Shown here: piece after piece, positions 1-11,699 of the stretch
Numbering within the stretch: position 1 is the first letter of the stretch
Layout of the letters: every line of letters begins with the position of its first letter
NCBI RefSeq assembly: GCF_036321535.1
Contig: NC_087436.1
Span: forward strand, 31,064,001-31,128,000
Direction of reading: 5' to 3'
Length of the DNA stretch: 64,000 nt
Source of the DNA: Camelus dromedarius
Lineage: Eukaryota
The notes under the pieces: generated by a model
Database searches by the model: none
Told to the model about the DNA's origin: nothing
What the model saw: only the letters and a program-made list of their open reading frames with translations
Program-made: the position numbers and the translations under genes

Positions 1-760
1 TTCTATATGTTCTTTTGGTTTATTTTAAATTTTGCTCTGATTATTTTTATAGCATCTTGTTTTTTGCTTGTGTTTTCAACTCCATATTTCATTTTTTAAG
101 ATGTTTCACCAGACTTATTTTTTATATCTTATAATTTCATTAACTGATAATTCTATGTTTAATTTAGTTGTTTGTTGTCTATGCTGATTCTTATTTATTA
201 TGGCTTATTTCATGTTATTTGGGGTTGTGACTTCCTCTTCACAACAGCTTTTGCTCTGAGAACCCGGCACAACCTGGATTGTGAGTGCTTTGTTCCAGAA
301 AGCATTCACATTTGTTTCTTTCAGTGCTAGCACACTAATAACAGAATTAATTTGTTGGCTTTAGGTGTCCTTGGCCTCTCCCATAATATAAATTAAAAGC
401 TAAAACTTTATGAAGAAAAGGATTTGATTACAAACCCTCAGAATCTTTAATTGCTTTCTACTAAGAAGTTAGGTGGGAAGTTCAAGGGTTCTGACTTTAT
501 GCAGTCTCAGCTAATTCCCTTTGTAACCAAAGCCTTGTGCCTTCTCCCTGTGGAAGTGTGAAAAACCATGCATTCTGATGACCTGCTCAACAAACACTCC
601 CATAAAAACCACAGCTGCAGCTCCTACTTTTCATACATATCATCAGCTTTATTTTTATAGCTTCTTGGGATTTTTCTTATTCCCTTGTTAATTAAAGCAT
701 ATATTTTAGAGTATCTTACTGTGTTTTATCCAATATTTCTAAATGTTTGGAAGCTGAAAG
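1..760 (-). mobile_element. Probable very old L1 (L1M-type) fragment
   Basis: T-rich degenerate sequence with antisense-L1-like composition; no diagnostic long match recalled. Confidence 0.3.
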
Positions 761-776
761 ATTTTCATATTATATA

Positions 777-858
777 TTAGGTTGAGCTATATATAACATT
801 TCCATTTTTGTCAGTCCAAAAGAGTTCAACACCACTGGCTTCATATGGTTCAGTCTAA
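777..858. mobile_element. MADE2-like Tc1/mariner MITE
   Basis: About 80 bp with imperfect TIRs TTAGGTTGAGCTATAT...CATATGGTTCAGTCTAA, flanked by TA target duplication (775-776, 859-860). Confidence 0.85.
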
Positions 859-3180
859 TATTGCCTATGTTAGTGGAAATGAATATCCCTCCAGTCTTTC
901 ATCCTGTTAAATAAATGATATTCGCTGGGAATAGCAGCTAGCTTTTTGGTGATTCTGTCAATTGGTTACTAGATATTTGGATAGAATTTGTGGACTATTT
1001 CCAAACTAAGACTATTTTCAGTGCCCCATTAGATTTTAAGGTAAAAAATATCACAATCGAATTCTCAAGTTTTAGTGATTCAAGTTAGATTATGGCAATA
1101 AGTGCCCAGATGATTCTTTGGGTGCATTTAGGTATTTTTACAGTATTTATCAATATGATAAATACACATTTAAATATAAATCATTAATTTCTTTCATCCA
1201 CATGTAGAGAAAACCATGCTCTGGACGAACTAAACTCTTGGTAAACTAGCTATTTGCATCATAGTTTTCTTCTTAAGAAAGCTTTGTATTTACTCTTAAT
1301 TTTTAAAATAAACATATATTGGCCAAAAAGTGATAGGTTCTCGCTACCTTAGATGTACCAAATTTACTAAATTTATCATTGAAATAAATCACTGAGCAAG
1401 ACAATCAAAATCTCAAGAATAGCGTTTAAAGGCATTTTCAATGTCATAAGTAAGTCTTTTTTGTTGTTTGTTTCCTAATCTCATTTCAAAATCATTACAC
1501 CTTTCACAGTCTGGGTTCAGCAGGACAGAAAAGCAAAGTCACGACTTGTTAACAGTTTTTTCAGAGAGCACACTAAAAACATACAGACAACATCATCATA
1601 ATTTGATCTTATTTACAGTTTTCTCTGTTTTATTCAGCTGCAGATTAAGATTAGCAGGGATTTCTTTAGAGTTATAAATTATCTGGAGAATAAGATGATG
1701 CATAAACTGGCACTGCAGTATAGCTGCCTCCATTCAGCTCATAAAATAGTCCTTAAAATTAAATACCTCTTCTCCTGTAACATGTTTGTTTCAATAATAA
1801 GCAAAACAAAATATATGAAAACACCTCTCTCATATACAGAGACTAAATGCACTTTATATATCAATGTTCTTTTCACAGGTAAACAACATGATAATGGCAC
1901 GTATACTGGGTGGTGAGAGTTCATCCACAGTGCATACTTGTGATACTGTGCAAAGACATACCATATAAGTTGAAAAGTGCATTTTCTCTACAGTCTGTTC
2001 TGCTTTCCCTCACATGATCATATATATCATTAACGGATTTGTGAAGCTCTTTTAAAAATTGCATGATTCGTATTATTTTATTATCCAGACTAAAACTCAG
2101 GGTGCCAAACTTTGGTAGCTGAGTTTTGCTTTCTTCTCTCCTATTTGAACTAATTAATTAATTTCACACAGAAGATGATGATTTTCATCCTGTACACATA
2201 CAATTCAATTGTTTTACCACAGAGGTCACTATGTTTTATTTCTAACTGGCACATAAACTGATGCCTCCATGCCATGAAGTTTTGGCTGCCATTTGCCAAA
2301 ACTTCAAAACAGGTTAGGTACTGCCACTCAGTATAGATGGTAATCAGATTAAGAAATCTATTTTAAGATGATCTTCTTTGAAATTCCTGTTTGCGATTTT
2401 CTTTTATTGCTGCCTTTATGAAATCATTACATGCTCAGAAGTTTTGTTCTGAGAACAAATTCACACTCAACATTTTAATATAAGTCCTGGTCAATGTTTA
2501 TATTTATGACTTTATTGTATGTTGTAGTATTTGTGATCCTATTTTATCACTACCTTCATGCTTTAGTGAGTGACTTCTAAGCTATTGATCCTTTTCTGTG
2601 AGTTGGGATACAATAAAGCAATATCCCAGCTACAATATAAATGCAAATTTAATAAATTTAATTAATAAAACACAATTTATATGAAAATACCTTAGTCAAG
2701 ACAAATTACTGCCTTTAAATGAATGTTAGCCTAGATCAACTACTCAGTACAATACTTACAGTCCATTATTAAAAAACTTAATAATTATTATGGATGTAAT
2801 AGAATTTCTGTGAAAAGCAGTTAACCTCAAACTTCAAATGTATGAAATATATGTGGACAAAAGGTTTCATCTCTTTATATTCATAGAAAATTATCAAATC
2901 TCCATTGGACAATTGATAGTCTGCCACACTTTTAAGATGACTCCAGTCAACGAAGAGCCATTCTGTACAGGGGAGGCATAACCTTCATAAGCAGAAAGTA
3001 ATCCAGCGATTATTTCAAAGATTCAAATGATAAACAACAGTGCATGAAGTAGGGCAGAGGAAATGGTAATGATAAGCAGGAAGAGGAAATGTTAGGCAGG
3101 GCCATTTTGATATAAAATCTGTAGCTTCCAATTTCTCCCTATAGACTTTCTGTTTTGTCTTGGTTCCAGTCTATTGAGAA

Positions 3181-3797
3181 TGATGCTAGAAATGCCTGGG
3201 GGCATTTACCTGGGCCCCTATTACCTGTGGCCAACTCCACAGACATTTCCCCATCCAGAGACAAGCCCTTATGGCTCTTTTTTTTTTTTAACATTTTAAA
3301 AATTGAGTTATAGTCATTTTACAATGTTGTGTAAGCTCTTGTGGTTCTTATGATTACAGAACACACCTTAGCAACAACTATCATGGAAATTTGGGGGAAA
3401 AAAAAGATATACTATTCACAAGTCTTGACGGGTACATGACATTCCAGGGACCACACAGTGAGGTCATGGGAAGAGACAGAGTGAGGGGACCTGGTTTCTG
3501 CCTTTATTGGAATATGAGAGTGGGCCTAAAGTTTCATGGGTTCACTCTTTATTCGTAAAGCATAAGAGTAAGAACTAAAGCACAGGAAGGAAAATGTAGG
3601 GTCATTCAAGTGGTCATTTATCTAGGTAAGCCAGGGCTTTCTGAAAGGGAAATTTCATGAGTGGGGCAGCCTGATTTCTTATCTAGTTCTTTTACTAGTA
3701 GCTGTGTCATGCAGCTGGCAGTATCTTTATTTGAGAGGATATCTTTAAAATGGATGCCTCAGGACTCAAAAGCTTAACATCAGGTACTTACACTACA
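3181..3797 (-). mobile_element. ERVL-class solo LTR (MER54-like), interrupted by an L1 3' stub
   Basis: TG...CA termini; minus strand starts TGTAGTGTAAGTACCTGATGTTAAGCTTTTGA like the MER54 consensus; plus-strand TTTATT is a minus-strand AATAAA. Confidence 0.7.
3280..3334 (-). mobile_element. Extremely 5'-truncated young L1 3' end (camelid-type)
   Basis: polyT followed by AACATTTTAAAAATTGAGTTATAGTCATTTTACAATGTTGTGT (L1 3' terminus, antisense); GCTCTT direct repeat at 3274-3279 and 3335-3340. Confidence 0.75.
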
Positions 3798-3899
3798 TTT
3801 ACCCCCTCCAGTTAGGCTTCTTCGGCCACTAGTCTGCTGAAACAGGAAAGTAGCATATTACTTCTATGTTGTCCAATACAGCAATCACAGATCTGTTCC

Positions 3900-4852
3900 C
3901 ACCTAATTTATTTGACTTATTAACAGCATTGAATTCACAGAAAACACTATTCTCTTGGCTTCCATGATACCACACTTTCCTCTTTCCTATGTCTGAACAT
4001 TCCACTGGGCCCCAGGTTAAGTTAGCTGCCTACTTAGCGTTAACATTTTCATACGTAATAATTATCTAAAACTGAATTGAATTCAGTTAATCGTTTCCTT
4101 CCCTAATCTTTCTCATCTTGGTAAAAGTCATAATCACTGAGCCCATTACATGTCTTTCTTGACATGTGAACACTAACTCTAAAACATATCCAAAAAATCA
4201 TCTTTACTGGTAACCACTCTAAGCCAAGCCATCATCAGCTATCAACTGAACTGCTTCAAATGTCTCCTAGCTTCTTTGTTAGCTTATAGTCCATTCTCTA
4301 TATAAGAACCCAGAGTCATCTTTTTAAAGCATAAATGAGATCATAACACCTCTTTGTCAACAATTCTAATTAAGACCTAAAAGATGTTTCTTGACTTCAG
4401 TCATGTCCACATTGCAAACCTTTTTAACACTGGCTTGTGAGGCCTTAGCCATATTCTCTCTCCTGCTCCTACAATGCAGTGTCTGGTCCCAAACTGAGGA
4501 CTTTATACTGTGTATTTTTTCCCTGGAATACTCTTCCTTCTGATCTTCATGTGCCTGCCTTTTTTGAATCACTTGGATCTCAGCTGCAGAGTCATCTACT
4601 TAATGAAATGTTCCCTGATCATCTAAATCATCATTCCAGCCACTCCCTAACATATTTACAAGTCTTAATTTCTTTGCAGTAGATTTCACTATCCAAAATA
4701 AGCCTTTATATAATCATTTATTAGTTTATTGTTTGTCTTCTCTCCACTAGAATGAAAGTTACATGAGTCCAGAAACTTTTTCTCATTTTTCATTGTATCA
4801 CCCTTAATTAAAAAAAGAAATATTCAATAAATATTTGTTGAATGAATGGATG
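3900..4852 (+). mobile_element. L2 LINE, 3' portion
   Basis: L2 3' motifs, ending in TCAATAAATATTTGTTGAATGAATGGATGG. Confidence 0.8.
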
Positions 4853-4889
4853 GTAAATTAATAAATGAATAATTTGGTAACAAAAGCAA

Positions 4890-5800
4890 TGTGAGATACA
4901 TTGAATGACAGGAAGAATTAACAATGACAAGTTGAGAAGCTAAATGGCAAAGTAAATAATGATGCCATTTATTTGAATTTAAAACCCAGAGAATGAAGTT
5001 TATAAGAGCCATTTTGAATTGGACAAATAGGAAGTAGCAGGATATCAAAGTAGTGACTTTCAGTAGTTTGGATCTCAGTGGAGAGACTGGGACCAGAAAA
5101 ATAGAACTAGATTCACTTGAATGAAGTTAGTACTTATCACTGACATAGTTGACCTTACTAAGAGAAAAATACAGAAGAGAATGACAAGCTCTGAATGTCT
5201 AAGAATGGAAGATATAACAAGTCGTAGGGGGGAGAAGGGGGAAAAAATATAGGTTAGAGGAAAAAGATAAATTCAAATTTACACAATCCAAGAATGAGGT
5301 GAGGAGGGTCTTTCCCATACAACTAATGTTCAATGTCACCAACCACAATGAATGTTCAGTAAATGTTGAGTTGGATGAAAACTGAAGAATTTGAACTGGA
5401 CTAAGATAGTAAGATCTGCAGCCAGTTTGTAAATGGTCGAAGAGTGAGAAAAAAATGAAGTAGTGGAGACAATGAACATGGGCTACTCTCCCAAGGTATG
5501 ACACTAGACTGTACAAAAATAAAGAATAAAAATTTGAATATCTTTTTAAGATAGAGAAAACTTGAATATGTTTATAAATCAAGTAGAAATGACCAGAGAA
5601 ATGGGAGGATTAAAGATGTAAACTGGAGGGAGGTGAAGATGTGACTAAGGGGTCAGACAAAATGGATACAATATAGTGACTGCAGAGTGACTGAGACCAC
5701 ATTCTGAAAACAGTGATGGCTTTTATCACCAAAACATCAGGAGGTAAAGTGGATAGGTTCACAGCACATATTATGGACTAGAGCTCTATTAAGATCATGT
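4890..5800 (-). mobile_element. Degenerate L2 fragments
   Basis: Purine-rich tract resembling antisense L2 body. Confidence 0.4.
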
Positions 5801-5991
5801 TAGAAGAGAACATTCTACAGGCAGTGTAGGTAAGATTCCACTAACAAACTCTCCCTGGGGCTTCACCACTATGTGATCACTATGAACTCTTTCACTTCCA
5901 TTGCAACTACCTGTTTGTTCCATTGCAATTACCTGAACAGCCATATTGCCCGCATCCTCTTTAATTTAAAAGGAAAAAAAAAAAAAGATGG

Positions 5992-6510
5992 TGTATGAGA
6001 ACAAATTTTGTCACCCCAAAATATGTCTCTTTTGGCATAAGGATTATTTTAGACTGATTATTTGTAAGAGATAGCAAACTCAGGAAGCTTTCTTTACCTC
6101 TTCCTTAAACACCTAAAAGAATTAAGATACAGTGCCTATAGCAAGAAAACAGCTATTATCATAGATAACTGCAAAAAGTATGAGCTAAGTGTAATAAACT
6201 TCAGGGAAGGTAGCAAGGCCTGCTTCTCCACCTTTCTCTCAGTGCCCCTTTGTCTCTGCATGGCTTGACGATTATTTGCTTACTGTGAATTGTCTTCCTT
6301 TCCTCTTTTGAAATTCCCCTAGCCTCTTCTCCTTTGCTCAGGATGGCATATAAACCTCAATAGCCTAGCTGTCAGAGGCTCTCATCTTTTGGGCCTCCAG
6401 TATATACTTAATAAATTTGTTTTTCTCCTGTTAATCTCTTGTTTATCACAGGGGATGTCTCAGCCAAGAACCTAGAAGGGTAGAGGAAAAATTATTTTTC
6501 CTCCCCAACA
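5992..6510 (+). mobile_element. ERV1-class solo LTR (MER34/MER39-like)
   Basis: TGTA...AACA termini; CACCCCAAAATATG near the 5' end; TATAAA box near 6349; AATAAA near 6410; 3' end GAACCTAGAAGGGTAGAGGAAAAATTATTTTTCCTCCCCAACA. Confidence 0.8.
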
Positions 6511-6859
6511 GTAGGTAACAGAAATTGCAAAAAATAGACTACGAAGCATATTTTCAGCCAATTTTGCTCACATAACAATAGGATGACACTGCTCAAGACA
6601 GAATCAGTGTAATGCTAATAGCAGCTTCTTTTCTCCCTAAATGTGTCCCAGTTTTGGATGATAAACATGATCTATAGTCATCCTCTATAAAAATACATAA
6701 TATTATACAACATTTTAACAATACCTTATAGTAGAGGTAAAGTACAAGATCACACTGCAACAATATTCAGTGATTCATAAGTAATAAGAAAATGGGCAGC
6801 AGAATTTATTCAAGTTTGTGACCTGTCAAGATCAGAGTTAGGGGATAAAATAATATCAG

Positions 6860-7050
6860 TAGTATTTGGCAGTATGCTCCAGGCACTGCTCCCCCCTAAC
6901 ACATGTAATCTCATTTAATCTTCACAGCAAGCCTAGGAGAGAGGTACTTTATACTTCCCACCTGGCAGGTATACTGGGAGACTGAAAAATTAACTAACTT
7001 GACTAAGACAACAGCGTGGCAAATGGTGGAACTTACAACCAAAAGCAGAC
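6860..7050 (-). mobile_element. MIR SINE
   Basis: ATCTCATTTAATCTTCACAGCAA...GAGACTGA...AACTTGACTAAG antisense MIR core. Confidence 0.75.
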
Positions 7051-9549
7051 AATTTGGTTGAATTTTAATGTATTTGTGAGTTCAGAAGTAAAAAAGACTG
7101 GGATGTGGTTTAGGGGAAGAATGACCAGTGGGAGACTCTACCCTAGGATGATCAGTAAAAGGCAAGAGTTGAACTTAAGGGCAAAACACATGTTCAGTTG
7201 AAGGCAGCAGCTGATTGAGTGTGCAAATAAAAGGCTGTGGTCAGAGAAAGGGGTTTCAAAGTTTAAGGCCAAGTACATGAAATCATGTTAAATATTGACA
7301 GACCTGGGAAGTAACCCTACTTGTGATTGGCTGAAACACACTAGTAGAGCTGAGGAAAGTTTTAGAAGTTAAGGAAGTCAAGAATTATGAACTAATAAGT
7401 TAACTGAAAAAATACTGAAATATAAATAAAGTAGAAGTAGTAAGATCTCAAAGAGGGAAGTGAAAAAGAACAAAAGATACTGTTATGAAATAAACTTCAG
7501 GTAAAGCTAATAATTTTCATCTTTGTTTTTAAAACACACACACACAGTTATACTAAAAAAATTTTAATTCTAAAACCAGGTATTGAAGAGGAAAATTTAG
7601 AAATGTAAAACTGAGTGTTTAACAAATGCACCTTTTCTTCGTAATACTATATATAACTGTTAATGTACTCAGAATAAGTTGTCTAATTACCAATCAGAAT
7701 GTCAAAACAGCTGAACTTATTATCAGTATAAAAATAGATTTATATTTCCATCAGCTCAAGACAAATTTTCCATAATGGTCAAAGTACCCCATTATCCATG
7801 AAACCCAAAACAAAGAGTAAATCTCCACCGACCTAATTATGTAATGAGAGAGAATTGGCTTTCCTTTTATTCAAAAGCCATTTAGTTCTTTCAGATGTCC
7901 CTCGATAGAAACAGATTTCGTAACTTAAAAAGGAAACTCATTTAATCAACTGATATTGTTTGTCCCTTTGTTTGTTCCAATAATTGCAACATTTTTAACA
8001 CCAAAGGAAAAACACTGAGCCTGTCCTTAAAAGACTCTTTTTTTACTCACATATTGAAGCAGGAAGGATTATATTTATACAGAAGTTGAAATAGCTTTAT
8101 TTGAGTTAGGAGAGAAACAGTGATAAACTCGTGCCACCAATTATGTAACAGAAAGCCTCATGAGGAAGCAGCACTTTAGCTCGTAGAGGCTTTAGAAAAG
8201 TGAATTTGACAATGTTCATTTCACCTCCCTTCAACACACACAGGCAACATCATTATTTGTCAATAGAAAATGGCTGTGAAAGAAAAAAATACCATTGGAT
8301 ATTAACCTACTTTGCCAATCCTCTCCAGAAGATTCATCAATATACAGTATATTAAAAAATGATTTGTACTGTTTAGCCTATTAAAATAAGTACCTTTTGC
8401 ATTTAAAAAGTTAAGAGCTATTGGGCTATATTTTGGTTATCAAAGAGACTAATACTTACAATTTAGATTTACTGAAAAAACAATTGAAGTCAGTAATAAA
8501 AGATTCTGAAAATAAACAGAAAATACTGAAAATTGAGTATTAAGATTCAGTAAATATCTCTGAGTAACCTTATACATCCCTAATCCTTCTGTCCTTAAAT
8601 GCCTCTACAGCTAGTAGGAAAATTTCCTTATTTGCAGTGTCTTTTTTTTTTTTTTTTTTTTTCTAAATAGCAAAACCGTATAGAAACTGTCAGGTCCCTA
8701 TGGTTTGGTGGAAACCCTCAATAGTATAGACATATTTCTTAACCTTGCTTGAAGTTTCAAGATTGGTTTTTGAACAATTCCAAAATACCTTTCACATTTC
8801 ATATTGAAAGCTATATACAAAATGGTAGTGTATTTTCCCAACACCCTTCAGAGGTCACTAAATGCATTTTTATTTTCACTTTTAAACTGTGTCTGCATTA
8901 TGACAAGGCGATCCAATGACAAGTGAAAAATTCACCCCAGAGGAGATTTTCTCTAAACCATGCTGAACAATTTCTTTGGAAATCTTTCCTACCCAACTGC
9001 AGTTTTGGAAATATTTAATTTATTGCTGTCAATAAAAAAATCTCTTTTAATCTATAGGTGATTAATCTTAAGAGTATATAGAAGAGGAAGAGAAAACTCG
9101 GCTCACAAAGTCTTCTATTTTATTCATTTCATGGTATCTGTTCTTTCACTCCATAGCACTAGTCAATGTCCAATTCCAATTACAACTCAGGGAAACCTTC
9201 AACAATATAGTCTAAATTAGTCCCTTTAACATTAAATATCTTCTTCATTATTCTCCAATCTGCCTGCATTTATATCCCTTTCTATCAACAGGAGCATAAG
9301 TATCCCAATATCTCCATTAATACAGAAACTGAAAAATTCCTGATGTACATTTCACTGAGAGTTGTCCAGGATTATGGACAATACAGTCCTAATGATCAAT
9401 ACATCAAATATCTCAAGTTACTGAAGAGTTTTATCTGCCACCTAAAGCAACAGATGCCTTCATATTTGTATTAATGTGTCCCTTATCCACAGTAGATACA
9501 ATCAGTACCAGGCAAGATTATCTCCATTCTTTGAAATAACAATAATAGC

Positions 9550-9790
9550 ACAGTTCAGCTGGTGAGCTTTGGAGTCAGACTGCCCAGGTTAGTTTGGAAT
9601 ATGATAATATCTATGCATCCTTAGGTAGGCTATCTAACTCCTATTTCTTTCTGTTTCTTCATCCAGATATTGAAGATAGTAACAGAATCTTCCCTATAAG
9701 GTTAGTGTAAGGACTAAATGGAATATCGTACATGGCTTTCTTGTTAGAACCCAGAGTTTCTGGCACAAAATCAGACTTAAGAAGCATTAC
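9550..9790 (+). mobile_element. MIR SINE
   Basis: GCTTTGGAGTCAGACTGCCCAGGTT...CTGTTTCTTCATC...TGTAAGGACTAAATG...CTGGCACA. Confidence 0.75.
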
Positions 9791-10644
9791 CTGGCTTTTG
9801 TTGATGTTGCTGTTTTTTGTTTTTATTATATTTTTTTTTACCAGCACTGGGATAAGCATACTTCCTCAGAAAATCATTTAATCATTTAAGTCATTATGTA
9901 AATATAAAGCTGGTTCACACTTGAGGAAAGGTCATATTCTGCATATCTGAGTTCACTCTGGTTCTCCTTAAATAGAAGACACACAGAAGAGTTCACTGTT
10001 AAACTCTTTCAGTTTAGGTGAGCTTATCACTAGGTAGGACGTCTAGCAGAAACCAGAAGCAGAAACTACTTCTGTAGGTTCTTGCTGCCATTTAAATATA
10101 CTAACCCAGTCCCTAAATGTTACAAACATAATGTTGTGTTGGGCCCAAGGGTTACCTTTGTATTTTGTCTCATTAATCTCAATCATTTCAAAATATTCTC
10201 TCTGCTATAATGTCAGAATCTCAATGGAAAGAAATTTCCTCATTGAATATCAAGTTATAAAATAATTGTTTCAGTAGGGGAAAGAGGCTAAATGAGACAG
10301 AATCAGGTCAGCACAACAGCAGGGTTAATCTTTCAGGAACTTTAGGGATGGTGTTGTTTTCTTTCATTGTGTTTTTTATAGATATAAATACATATTTATA
10401 AAATATAAGCATCATTGAAAATATTCAACATAATATCATCCAACTTTTGCTTAAAGGCAAAGTTTTTTTTATTATATATTCTTATAACTTTTATCAATAA
10501 ATTTGTGCAATGTTTGCAAGGAATAGTCACATAAAGCAGTTGTCTCTCCATTACTTTAATCTAGTTCCCAATGTCATTGTGACATCCAATTTGCTTCTAG
10601 CCAGTGGTACAAATAATATTCACTAATCCTTTGAATTATTTCAC

Positions 10645-11449
10645 TATAATAGAGTTCTAAGATGGCCTGCATGATCTCCATTCTTTAGTGTTACACACTG
10701 AATATTTCCCTCCTCTTGAGAGTGATTGCAACCAGTAATCTGATTCTAACAGAATATGACAAAAGTCTCATAATTAGGTTATGATATTTTTCAGCTTTAC
10801 TGAGGTATAATTGGCCAATAAAACTGAAAGATATTTAAAGCATGTATCATGATGGTTTGATATATGTATACATTTTGAAAAGATTTCCCCCATCTAGTTA
10901 TCACATCCACCATTTCACATATCTACATTTTTGTGTATATGAAAACATTTAAGTCCTATTCTCTAGCAAATTTCAATTATATAATACAGTGCTGTCAACT
11001 GTAGTCACCATGTTATATACTGAATCCTCAGACCTTGCTCATCTTGTAGCTGAAAGTTTGTACCCTCTTACCAGTCTCTCCCTATTTCTAACACCTGCCT
11101 CCCCTACCCCTGGTAACCACTTTCTACTCTCTGAGTTTGATATTCTTCTCTTTTTAGATTCCACATATAAGGGATACCACACAGTATTTGTCTTTCTTTC
11201 TCTGGCTTATTTCACTTATTGTAATGCTAACATTCTGAATGAGCTTGGAAATGAATTCTCCCCAAGGAGACTCCATGTGAGAATGCAGCCCTGGCCAACA
11301 CCTTATTATAGCCCTGTGAGACCCTGATCAGAGGACCAGGTAAGGCATGACCAAAATCTTGGCCACAGAAACTATGAGATAATAAATGTGTATTGTTTTA
11401 AGCCACTAAATGTGCTGTAATGTGTTAACAGTCATAGAAAACTAATATA
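10645..11449 (+). mobile_element. MaLR LTR (MLT1D/E-like) split by an L1 insertion
   Basis: 5' part TTCTAAGATGGCC...; 3' part CACAGAAACTATGAGATAATAAATGTGTATTGTTTTAAGCCACTAA...ATAGAAAACTAATA. Confidence 0.8.
10786..11218 (-). mobile_element. L1 3' end (L1MA9/10-like) nested in MLT1
   Basis: CAGCTTTACTGAGGTATAATTG...GCAAATTTCAATTATATAATACAGT...TTTAGATTCCACATATAAG...TGGCTTATTTCACTTA. Confidence 0.85.
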
Positions 11450-11699
11450 CTTATTTTTCCAAATCATATGTTGAAGAAATCAGGAAATAACAAGATGAAG
11501 CCATATCATTTCTTTTAGTTACTCAAAACCTGGACTTTTGCTTTCTTCTCATATCTGGCTAGATTTATATAAAATCTGGTAGTTTATGATATCTTCTCTT
11601 CATCTTCAGCTACCCTTTGTGGGAAGTATGGACAATGTTTTAAAGAAAGAGAAACATATTCCATGTCCCAAGTTCCATCATCAGTAATTTTACCTATTT

